From positions 600 to 51,687 of the forward strand of contig DCTS01000099.1 in assembly GCA_002329645.1 (NCBI GenBank): DNA of 51,088 nucleotides. Reading direction: 5' to 3'. Origin of the DNA: Lachnoclostridium sp. UBA1434. GTDB lineage: Bacteria; Bacillota; Clostridia; Lachnospirales; Lachnospiraceae. The first letter of the stretch is position 1. Every line of letters begins with the position of its first letter. Shown here piece after piece: positions 10,659 through 18,918 of this stretch. The notes below the pieces were generated by a model. The model had not been told where the DNA came from. It saw only the letters and a program-made list of their open reading frames with translations, and did no database searches. Made by a program: the position numbers and the translations under genes.

Positions 10659-12692
10659 TTATTGCACATAGGTACATTTAACTGACATGGTTACTACACT
10701 AATGCCGTCCTCGACACTGATTACGCTGTCCACAACAGTAACATTTTCACCAAAATAATGTATCGACTTAAGCTGCTTAAGAGTCTTTGCTATAAGAGCA
10801 TTGGCTCCTGTTTTGCTGTCTGTTGCAGTTATCCTCATGGTAACTTTAACACCGCTTTCCTCAAACATCATGGAGTTTATTACGGTATTAGAGGGCAGCT
10901 TTTTCTCGAATTCCGCCAGTATATCCTTGATTTCATCATTGCGGCTTGCCGTTGATTCTACAAGCTTGTCAAGATCCTCAAGCTCTTCCTTATACCTGTT
11001 ATATTCATCATGAACTCCGTCAAGCTTAGGCATAGCTTCAAGCTGCGCCGTCACTTCATTAAGCTCATTCTTTGCATGCATATAATCCGTTATAGATATG
11101 TATAAAGTGCCTGCAGCACCGATAAGGCATACCATTGTAAATATTATGGTTCCAAATATGACGCTGCGCCTCTGCTTCTTCAGTTTAAATTCCAGCGGAA
11201 CGAAGTCCACAGGCTGAATAACAGCCCCGATATTATTCAGATACTCGCCCGGCGACTTGCGAAAATGGGCGGCCTTCCTCCTTGCGCTTACCGTGGAGAG
11301 CTTGTCCATAAGCCTATGGGGAATTCCTATCTCTGTCGTAAAGAATTCTTCTATACCCTTAATATGGACTCCGCATCCGGTTATATATATGGTATCAATA
11401 TCTATCTGCTTGTGGCTGGACTTATAATAATCCAGCATACGCGATATACTGTTGCACAGTATATGCAAGGACTCCCTGATGTTCCTTGCAGCGGTTGCTT
11501 TAGCATACGCTTCGTTTGCTTCTACAGTAGCTGATTTTGCTACTACTTTAGCAACCGCTTCGGTTGCTTCTACAGTAGCTGATTTTGCTACTGCTAAAGC
11601 AACCGCTTCGGTTGCTTTAGCATATGTATCGGTTGCTTCTTTATCTCTGCCTATACTTAAGGGTATGCCCTCCGATACAAGGCCTTCAAGGGCAGCTGCT
11701 GCCTCCTGCCTGCCGGGAGTTAATAGGGAGTCTGCAGCATCCGGTGACAGCAGATTATTCTCTTTAAGAAGCTTCATAGCGCCTTCGGCATCCTCAAGCC
11801 TGTAGCAGGGCTGCTCCATGACTGTTTCAAGGAGTGATGCCAGTCCATAGCTTACCGTCCTTTGCATCACAAGTACATCTTCCCGCAGTATGCTGATCAG
11901 GGTATCTCTCAGGTTCATCTGAACAAATACATTGGTTCCTCGTTTTTGCTGCCTTTTTATAATCTGATAGCTGCTGTTGCCGGAATAGTCAAGGGATATT
12001 ATGTCCATATGCATCAGCTTGGCAAAGCTGTAATAATTTTTTATAAGTGCGGTCGGTGCAGCATACACCACCAGGCGCATCTGCTTCCTGTTCAAGAGCT
12101 GCTTGTCGTCGGCTTTGGTTACATCCTCATTATTATTCAGTGCGCTGCCTAAAGCCTGATTATCCAGCTTCTCCAGATTATCTGCGATTATCTCCGTCTT
12201 ACTCCTCTTCTTAAGAGCCTTTCTTTCCTGCTTGGCCTTCTTCTTTGCCAGCTTTCTTTCCTTCCTGCTGCGCCTCTTTTGTACAGCTCTGTCCTTACGG
12301 GCACCGATGTCCTTCTCAAGGATCTGATAAGAAATGACATAATCCGATATATCCACAGGAAAGTAATCCGAAGCGCCGGTCATTATTATGTCCATAATCC
12401 GCTTTTCATTGGTAGGCGGTATTATGATCTCCCTGTTGGCAATCTTACCGGAATTAATAGTAAAAATTACCTTGTCGGACTTAAACTTACCCGTCTTAAG
12501 CTTACTCTTAAGCAGCTCGCCGTAGGCTGCCTTATCCCTGATATATCCATCCTCCACCAAATTGACCGGTGTATCAAAGGTAAGGCTCCTGTAAACCCTT
12601 ATGCTCTTGTTCTTATAGTTCTTTTTATAGGATATCTCGCATACCCTGGTGCACTCGGCTCCTATGGCTATGCTCAAAGCTTTTTTTGCCAT
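10659..12692 (-). CDS. pilM: PilM-PilN fusion protein
   Basis: Actin-like PilM motifs (LSIAIG, VEDGYIRD, IYITGCG) followed by a PilN part (VDFVPLE, TM helix, coiled coil, EKKLPSNTVINSM). Confidence 0.85.
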   Translation of the reverse strand: MAKKALSIAIGAECTRVCEISYKKNYKNKSIRVYRSLTFDTPVNLVEDGYIRDKAAYGELLKSKLKTGKFKSDKVIFTINSGKIANREIIIPPTNEKRIMDIIMTGASDYFPVDISDYVISYQILEKDIGARKDRAVQKRRSRKERKLAKKKAKQERKALKKRSKTEIIADNLEKLDNQALGSALNNNEDVTKADDKQLLNRKQMRLVVYAAPTALIKNYYSFAKLMHMDIISLDYSGNSSYQIIKRQQKRGTNVFVQMNLRDTLISILREDVLVMQRTVSYGLASLLETVMEQPCYRLEDAEGAMKLLKENNLLSPDAADSLLTPGRQEAAAALEGLVSEGIPLSIGRDKEATDTYAKATEAVALAVAKSATVEATEAVAKVVAKSATVEANEAYAKATAARNIRESLHILCNSISRMLDYYKSSHKQIDIDTIYITGCGVHIKGIEEFFTTEIGIPHRLMDKLSTVSARRKAAHFRKSPGEYLNNIGAVIQPVDFVPLEFKLKKQRRSVIFGTIIFTMVCLIGAAGTLYISITDYMHAKNELNEVTAQLEAMPKLDGVHDEYNRYKEELEDLDKLVESTASRNDEIKDILAEFEKKLPSNTVINSMMFEESGVKVTMRITATDSKTGANALIAKTLKQLKSIHYFGENVTVVDSVISVEDGISVVTMSVKCTYVQ
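11492..11640. repeat. In-frame 48-bp tandem duplication with a 14-bp perfect inverted repeat inside pilMN
   Basis: Units 11516-11563 and 11564-11611; direct repeat CGGTTGCTTTAGCATA at 11492-11507 and 11609-11624; IR TGCTAAAGCAACCG-ctt-CGGTTGCTTTAGCA at 11592-11622. Confidence 0.95.
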
Positions 12693-12732
12693 ACGTTTCC
12701 CTCACTATGGTTTAGTCATAAAGGTAATTATG

Positions 12733-13545
12733 TCATATAAAGAAGGTTTGCAAGTACCAATCAATTATATTATCGCCGAACAGCATGGAAATTGCAATAC
12801 CCACGGACAGATAGGGTCCGAAGGCCAGCGTCCTGCCCAGGTTTCTTATCCTCATGCGTATCGGGTGTATAATCCCCGCAAGTATACAGCCTATCAAAAA
12901 GGCAAGCAGCACATAGCCCCATCCAAGCAGCAGTCCGGCACCGGCCATCAGCTTAATATCACCGCCGCCTATACCCCTTCCCCGAGTGGCATAATAGATT
13001 AACAGCATAAAGCCGCTTACGGCAACAAAGCCTATGGCATGATTAAGGATAACATCCGTGCTTCTCCCTGAGTTGAAATATTTGATTAGGGCGGCACTCA
13101 ACCCCATAATCATTATGAATATGTTAACACCCGCAGGTATGATATTCGTTTTAAAATCAATGAAGCTCAGCACAATAAGCGCCGAAAGCATTAGGCAGTA
13201 TACAACATTAAGCAATATCACAGCCAGACTCTTCCAGCCAAACAAATAAAAAACAAGCACATAAAGAAATCCGTTAAGTGCTTCTACAATAGGATATTGA
13301 ATTGATATTCTTTCCTTGCAGGTTCTGCACCTGCCAAGTAGAAATATATAGCTAAAGATGGGTATCAACTCGTACCACTTAAGCTTGGTATTACAGTTAA
13401 AGCAATGGGATCGTTCGGTAACTATGCTTATCTCCTCCGGTATTCGGAAGATGCACACATTCAGGAAGCTTCCGATCACAATGCCATACAGGAATATGAT
13501 CCCGTAATAAATAATAAAGTCGGACAAAACTTTCCCTACTTTCAT
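12733..13545 (-). CDS. pilD: Prepilin peptidase/N-methyltransferase (A24A)
   Basis: GSFLNVCIFRIP, CxxC...CxxC Zn motif, LSFID and GGGDIKL catalytic Asp motifs, AFGPYL; start taken at ATG 13545. Confidence 0.97.
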   Translation of the reverse strand: MKVGKVLSDFIIYYGIIFLYGIVIGSFLNVCIFRIPEEISIVTERSHCFNCNTKLKWYELIPIFSYIFLLGRCRTCKERISIQYPIVEALNGFLYVLVFYLFGWKSLAVILLNVVYCLMLSALIVLSFIDFKTNIIPAGVNIFIMIMGLSAALIKYFNSGRSTDVILNHAIGFVAVSGFMLLIYYATRGRGIGGGDIKLMAGAGLLLGWGYVLLAFLIGCILAGIIHPIRMRIRNLGRTLAFGPYLSVGIAISMLFGDNIIDWYLQTFFI

Positions 13546-13555
13546 TTTGGTAATA

Positions 13556-13589
13556 CCACCAACCAACAGAGAATTCTATTGGTTGGTGG
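13556..13589 (-). terminator. Strong stem-loop between pilA and pilD (partial terminator or mRNA stabiliser)
   Basis: CCACCAACCAA(TAG)-aattct-(CTG)TTGGTTGGTGG on the minus strand; weak U-tail. Confidence 0.7.
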
Positions 13590-13621
13590 AAATAAATATA
13601 ATTGTAATTACTTTCCGTTAA

Positions 13622-14146
13622 CTACGGTCTGACCTGTTCATCACTTGCAGTATAATCAGCATTAGCCCCATCATATGCCAATTCGACTGTAATATTTTCT
13701 GTCTCTGATACCGTAACAGTTATCTGGGTATCAGCATCAGCATCTCTAGATTTTAACTTAAACTCTCCAACTACATTTTGAATTTCCAAAACCAGCAAGT
13801 TTTCACTGTCTGATGCTAAATAGGTACATTCGTCGTCAATTTCCCAATCCTTATTAGTTACCGTGTATAAGCTATCGTGATCATTAGCTCCGTCATTTAG
13901 ATCATATCCTGTGGATGCCAGTGTCTTTGCATCTTCTAAAAACTCATCATCAAGTACGCCAAGTCGAACAGCATTATAAATTGCATTTACAACCTCATAA
14001 TCGCTTGCCTTTCTTGCCTTTTCAACATATTCTGTCAACCTGGGTGCCAATGTAACCGCAAGTATGCCTATAATGGCAATAACCACGATTAACTCAACTA
14101 GTGAAAATCCTTTGTTGTTCCTCATAAGTTTCTTCTTCATTTTCAT
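13622..14146 (-). CDS. pilA: Probable major type IV pilin
   Basis: NNKG|FSLVELIVVIAIIGILAVTLAP; strong AGGAG RBS; own 5' intergenic region and downstream hairpin, typical of a major pilin gene. Confidence 0.85.
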   Translation of the reverse strand: MKMKKKLMRNNKGFSLVELIVVIAIIGILAVTLAPRLTEYVEKARKASDYEVVNAIYNAVRLGVLDDEFLEDAKTLASTGYDLNDGANDHDSLYTVTNKDWEIDDECTYLASDSENLLVLEIQNVVGEFKLKSRDADADTQITVTVSETENITVELAYDGANADYTASDEQVRP

Positions 14147-14305
14147 TCTCCTTTTCTCCTAACATATGTTTTTATATGTGCAAACGGTAAATGGTGTAAT
14201 GGGATTAGTCAGATGTCTTCCGTTTGTAACCATGGTATATTGATAATTTGTTCTGCAGGTATGTTTACCAATTCTGTCAATATGCCGGTTATATGAAGGT
14301 CAATA

Positions 14306-15553
14306 TTAATTTAATCCTGCTCCGGGATCACCTCCCAGGACTGATGTATCAAGCTGTTCATACATTGAGAGCATTGGCTGTAAAATTGCCAGTACAAGAC
14401 CACCAATAACTACCGCAAGCACAATAATGATAGCAGGCTCAAGAGCAGCGGACATAGATTGAGTTGATATCTCAACCTCCTCGTCATAATAATCAGCTAT
14501 CTTGGTGAGCATTTGTTCCATGCTGCCGGTATCCTCGCCAATCTTGATCATATGGTACACTAACGGCGGGAAGATGCCTGAGGCCCTTATCGGGACGGAC
14601 AGGGGAATACCCCTTGCCACCTCTTCTTTGGAGTCGTGAAGCATCTTCTTAATAATAATGTTGTCAATCGTTCTTGCTGTTATATCTATGGCTTCTATAA
14701 GGGGTATGCCGGCTGCTAAAAGCGTCCCCAGGGTTCTGGTAAATCTTGCGCATACCGTCTTAATCCTTACCTTGCCGATAAGTGGCAGCTTTAGTCCAAG
14801 CTTTGCAAAGAATACCTCGCCTGAATATGTTCTTTTAAATAGTGTCACTCCGATTACAATTGCAGCTATTGCTCCGACAATAATATACCATCTGTTAACC
14901 ACAAAGTTGCTCACTGCCATGATGGTCTTAGTTGCGGCGGGCATCTCCATGTCCATTTCCAGGAACATCTTCATGAAGCTTGGTATTACGAAAGCAACCA
15001 TGATTACTATTACGGCAACCGAGATTATGCCTATCATGGCAGGGTATACCATTGCCTTTCTAAGAAGAGCCTTAAGCTTGGCTTCCTTCTCAAAGTGTAT
15101 GGCCATCTGCTCCAGTGATATCTCAAGGCTTCCGGAGGCTTCTCCCGCTTCTATCATGTTAATCAGGATTGGCGGAAATATCTTGCCCTGGCTGCGCATT
15201 GCATCCGCAAGGTGTTCGCCTCTTTCAACCAGTCTGAGGGTGCTTTCGACAGCCTTCTTAAGAGTTTTGTTCTCTGTCTGGTCCACAAGCATCTCAAGAG
15301 CCGATACTATGGGGACGCCGGCATGCAGTATACTCGTAAACTGCCTGGTAAATATGCTGAGATCCCTTGATTTTACCGGATTGGAAAGCTGTATCTTGAT
15401 ATCCCTTTGAAAGATTCCAAGCTGCTTAATATTAACCGGCACAAATCCGTCAGCTCTAAGGGTATGGAATACACGCTCTTCATTCGGAGCTTCCATCTTG
15501 CCCTTTTTTGCTTTGCCGTTCGCATCTATAGCAATGTATGAATAACCAGCCAA
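14306..15553 (-). CDS. pilC: Type IV pilus platform protein PilC (GspF family)
   Basis: FTRQFTSILHAGVP, GEASGSL, GEDTGSM, ALEPAII; two T2SSF domains. Confidence 0.97.
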   Translation of the reverse strand: MAGYSYIAIDANGKAKKGKMEAPNEERVFHTLRADGFVPVNIKQLGIFQRDIKIQLSNPVKSRDLSIFTRQFTSILHAGVPIVSALEMLVDQTENKTLKKAVESTLRLVERGEHLADAMRSQGKIFPPILINMIEAGEASGSLEISLEQMAIHFEKEAKLKALLRKAMVYPAMIGIISVAVIVIMVAFVIPSFMKMFLEMDMEMPAATKTIMAVSNFVVNRWYIIVGAIAAIVIGVTLFKRTYSGEVFFAKLGLKLPLIGKVRIKTVCARFTRTLGTLLAAGIPLIEAIDITARTIDNIIIKKMLHDSKEEVARGIPLSVPIRASGIFPPLVYHMIKIGEDTGSMEQMLTKIADYYDEEVEISTQSMSAALEPAIIIVLAVVIGGLVLAILQPMLSMYEQLDTSVLGGDPGAGLN

Positions 15554-15612
15554 AGGTAAGCCCTCCTGTTAATCCTATCCTGTCTTATATGTAACTTAGG
15601 ACAAGTCATATA

Positions 15613-16668
15613 TTACATGAGCCTTCGCTCCATGGTCTGCATATCCTGCGAAAATGCCTGTGCATGTCCCTTGCTGATCATGCCCTTAAGATAAAGCTCA
15701 TATATTGCGTCATCCATTGTCTGCATACCCATCTTTTTGTTGGTCTGGATAAAGGAGGCAATTTGATGATTCTTCCCTTCCCTTATCAGATTCCTGATTG
15801 CAGGCGTTGCAAGCATTACTTCAAATGCGGCAATCCTGCCATTTCCATTGATTTCGGGTATGAGCTGCTGGGAGATAATCCCCTCCATTACATTGGCAAG
15901 CTGAACCCTTATCTGCTGCTGCTGGTGCGGAGGGAATACGTCAATTATTCGGTCTACCGTATTCACCGCTCCTATGGTATGCAGCGTCGAGAACACCAGA
16001 TGTCCGGTCTCCGCTGCCGTAACGGCGATCTCGATTGTCTCATAATCCCTCATCTCACCAACCAGTATGACATCCGGGTCCTCACGAAGGGCCACTCTGA
16101 GGGCACTTTGGAAGGATAATGAATCTATCCCGATCTCTCTCTGATTCACTACCGACTTCTTATGCCTGTGCAAATACTCAATCGGGTCCTCCAGAGTAAT
16201 TATATGGCAGTTATAATATGTATTTATTATGTCGATCAGGGATGCAAGGGTAGTGGACTTACCGCTTCCGGTTGGCCCCGTAACCAGTACCAGGCCCCTC
16301 TTCTTCCTTGTCAGCTCTACAACAGGATATGGTATTCCCAAATCCTCAGGCCTTGGTATCTCCCTGCTTATTATTCGAATTGCACAGGCAAATGATCCGC
16401 GCTGCTTGAAAACATTGACCCTGAATCTTCCGGTTCCCGGTATGGAATATGAAAAATCCGCTTCGCCCTTCGAGTTTAAGACTTCCCTGGCTCTGGGCGG
16501 AACTATCGGCAATATGATTTCTTCCGTATCCTCCGGGGACAGGGGATCATAGTCCATGCTTACAAGCTCCCCGTTCACCCTGCATTTCGGGGATATCCCG
16601 ACTGTAAGGTGCAGATCGGAGGCCTTTCTGTTCTGTGCATCTATTAACAGGTCGTTAACCGAAAGCAT
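15613..16668 (-). CDS. pilT: Type IV pilus retraction ATPase
   Basis: GPTGSGKSTT, LREDPDVILVGEMRD, AAETGHL, AIRNLIRE signature, GMQTMD. Confidence 0.98.
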   Translation of the reverse strand: MLSVNDLLIDAQNRKASDLHLTVGISPKCRVNGELVSMDYDPLSPEDTEEIILPIVPPRAREVLNSKGEADFSYSIPGTGRFRVNVFKQRGSFACAIRIISREIPRPEDLGIPYPVVELTRKKRGLVLVTGPTGSGKSTTLASLIDIINTYYNCHIITLEDPIEYLHRHKKSVVNQREIGIDSLSFQSALRVALREDPDVILVGEMRDYETIEIAVTAAETGHLVFSTLHTIGAVNTVDRIIDVFPPHQQQQIRVQLANVMEGIISQQLIPEINGNGRIAAFEVMLATPAIRNLIREGKNHQIASFIQTNKKMGMQTMDDAIYELYLKGMISKGHAQAFSQDMQTMERRLM

Positions 16669-16710
16669 TATAATACCCCGCTATTTTACTGTTTGCATAG
16701 TAATCTATAT

Positions 16711-18423
16711 TTAATGATAATCTTCGTCAATTGATATTCTTACAAGCTCATCCACGGAGGTAACTCCCTCGAAGACAAGCTCAATAGCCCTCATCTTGAG
16801 AGGCTTCATTCCTTCGGATTCCGCTATTTCAGCCACTGCTTCCGTCGGCCATTTCTTACGGATAGCTTCCCTTATCCTCGTGGAAGCCTGAAGTATTTCA
16901 TATACTCCTATTCTTCCGCTATAGCCTGTATCATTGCATTTTACGCAGCCAACCGGTTCATAAACCTGAAGATGCTTGGAGGATGGATAACCGAGCACAT
17001 GCTTTTCCGTTTCTGTAGCTTCCCTCTTCTGCCTGCAGTCAGGGCAAAGCCTTCTTACCAGTCTTTGGGCTATTACGCCAACAAGAGCCTCTGATAAAAG
17101 ATAGGCCTCAACGCCCATATCTATCATACGTGTTATGGTTCCTGCTGCCGAGTTGGTGTGGAGCGTACTGGCAACCAGATGTCCGGTTATAGATGCCTTT
17201 ACTGCTATTCCGGCCGTCTCCTCATCCCTTATTTCACCGATCATTATAATGTCAGGGTCCTGACGCAATATTGAACGAAGGGCTGCGGCAAAGGTCAGAT
17301 CTATCTTTTCATTAACCTGCACCTGGTTAACTCCGTCAATTTGTGCCTCAACAGGGTCTTCAATCGTAATCAGGTTTACACCCTCTTTGTTCAGAGCATT
17401 TACCATTGTGTAAAGGGTGGTGGACTTGCCGCTTCCGGTAGGTCCCGTTATCAGTATAAGCCCATAGGGCTGGGTAATCATCTTGTCAAACCGGACAAGC
17501 TCTTCATCGGTAAAACCCAGCTCCTTCTTATTGCGGGTAAAACCGTCCTTGGCAGCTATTCGAAGAACAATCTTCTCACCATATAATGTCGGGATGACTG
17601 AGGATCTTATATCATAATCATCCCTGCCCACAGTCAAGGTAATACGCCCGTCCTGAGGCCTGCGCTTTTCCGATATATCCATTCCTGATATTATCTTAAT
17701 CCTGGCAATTATGGCAGACATAAGGGTCAGGCTGTATCTTCTGCCCTTGTTCAGCACACCGTCAATCCTGTATCGTACCCTCAAATCATCCTGAAGGGGC
17801 TCTATATGGATATCGCTGGCACGCTGCCTGATGCCCTGCTCAATGATGGACCGTACCAGGACAACAATCGGTGCGTTATCAACTTCATCTGACGCTGCCT
17901 CCTGCTCCTGCTGATCCACCTTTATAAGGCTGTCCCTCTCCTGTGTGTAACGCTGTGCAACCTTTAAGGCTTCAATATTGCCGTAATACTTATCTATTGC
18001 CGCAGCTATATCCTGAGAGGTGGAAACCGCCGGTTCTATCTGAAAATTGGTTACTATGGCTATATCATCTATAGCCAGGTAATCAAGGGGATTGGACATA
18101 GCAACCCTGAGTACGTTAGGATATCCATGCTTGAACTCAAAGGGCATTATGGAATTCTTCCTGAGTATGTCCTCGCTAACCAGGTTAATAATATCCGGGT
18201 CAATGCGCCTTTCCGACAGTACAACAAAATCCAGTCCTAATTGTCTATGTAAAGCATTAGCAATTTCAACCTCTGTAGTAAAGCCCAGATCTATCAGTGT
18301 TTCACCAAGCTTTTGGCCTTTTTCCTTTTGAACGGCTAAGGCTTGGGATAATTGGGTATCATTTATGACTCTTGCGTCTATCAATATGTCTCCAAGCCTT
18401 TTCTTCCTGCTGTTCAATTCCAT
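16711..18423 (-). CDS. pilB: Type IV pilus assembly ATPase with N-terminal MshEN-like motif
   Basis: RLGDILIDARVI...QLSQALAVQ...KLGETL (MshEN-like), ASDIHIEP, GPTGSGKSTT, LRQDPD, two CxxC pairs; start set at ATG 18423 after AGGAG. Confidence 0.97.
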   Translation of the reverse strand: MELNSRKKRLGDILIDARVINDTQLSQALAVQKEKGQKLGETLIDLGFTTEVEIANALHRQLGLDFVVLSERRIDPDIINLVSEDILRKNSIMPFEFKHGYPNVLRVAMSNPLDYLAIDDIAIVTNFQIEPAVSTSQDIAAAIDKYYGNIEALKVAQRYTQERDSLIKVDQQEQEAASDEVDNAPIVVLVRSIIEQGIRQRASDIHIEPLQDDLRVRYRIDGVLNKGRRYSLTLMSAIIARIKIISGMDISEKRRPQDGRITLTVGRDDYDIRSSVIPTLYGEKIVLRIAAKDGFTRNKKELGFTDEELVRFDKMITQPYGLILITGPTGSGKSTTLYTMVNALNKEGVNLITIEDPVEAQIDGVNQVQVNEKIDLTFAAALRSILRQDPDIIMIGEIRDEETAGIAVKASITGHLVASTLHTNSAAGTITRMIDMGVEAYLLSEALVGVIAQRLVRRLCPDCRQKREATETEKHVLGYPSSKHLQVYEPVGCVKCNDTGYSGRIGVYEILQASTRIREAIRKKWPTEAVAEIAESEGMKPLKMRAIELVFEGVTSVDELVRISIDEDYH

Positions 18424-18451
18424 ATATATCTCCTGCCTCGTGTGTAATAAC

Positions 18452-18480
18452 ATTATATTACAATAATGGAATAACTGCAA
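18452..18480 (-). promoter_or_regulatory. Putative sigma-A promoter of the pil operon
   Basis: TTGCAG-17 bp-TATAAT on the minus strand, about 30 bp upstream of the pilB ATG. Confidence 0.65.
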
Positions 18481-18675
18481 TAATTATTTTGCAATTACGA
18501 CAATAAGATGAATATTTTTTGATAATTTGGGTATATATACCTATTATCAACTATATAATATACCTTTTTTAAATACTCATATTTTTATATTAATTCTAGT
18601 CCATTATTCCTATAATGTAAATAGGCTTTTGACATATATATTTTTTTGATGTAAAAACATGAAAAATTCATCAGC

Positions 18676-18730
18676 AAAAAGGTGCCCTATATTGCAGCAC
18701 CGCACTTTCCCATATTGAATGAGTGTAGCA
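18676..18730 (-). ncRNA. Candidate ~55-nt small RNA or attenuated leader upstream of pilB
   Basis: Bounded by a TAGACA-17-TATAAT promoter and a GGTGCT...GGCACC-TTTTT terminator; GC-richer island in AT-rich spacer. Confidence 0.5.
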
Positions 18731-18736
18731 AATTCC

Positions 18737-18765
18737 ATTATACTTCTTTTATGCAAAAATGTCTA
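18737..18765 (-). promoter_or_regulatory. Near-consensus sigma-A promoter driving the candidate sRNA
   Basis: -35 TAGACA (18760-18765), 17-bp spacer, -10 TATAAT (18737-18742). Confidence 0.7.
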
Positions 18766-18918
18766 GGTTTTTATTATAAAACTACGAAATTTCTCTAAAA
18801 GTGACAAAAATAATCGGTATTATCCAATAAAATGACTATGAATATAAACGGTAACTAATAATCAATCCCAATAAATTGTATATTATATAAACTTTCTCAA
18901 TAAAAAAGTGCTGCTCAA

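Noticed and set aside
10659..12692. PilM-PilN fusion as a novelty or frameshift artefact
   Set aside because: PilMN fusions are already known in clostridial T4P loci and the frame is continuous
14147..14305. c-di-GMP riboswitch upstream of pilA, as in C. difficile
   Set aside because: Neither the class I (GCAAA...GAAA...GACGCAAAG) nor the class II (GGGCAC...GUGCAACC) conserved elements are visible
14658..15410. 250-aa plus-strand ORF
   Set aside because: Antisense shadow of pilC; no motif or RBS support
18628..18720. Plus-strand TTGACA promoter with a 19-codon ORF (MKNSSAKRCPILQHRTFPY) antisense to the candidate sRNA
   Set aside because: The -10 (TAAAAA) lacks the conserved final T, there is no RBS, and the peptide is not hydrophobic like a type I toxin
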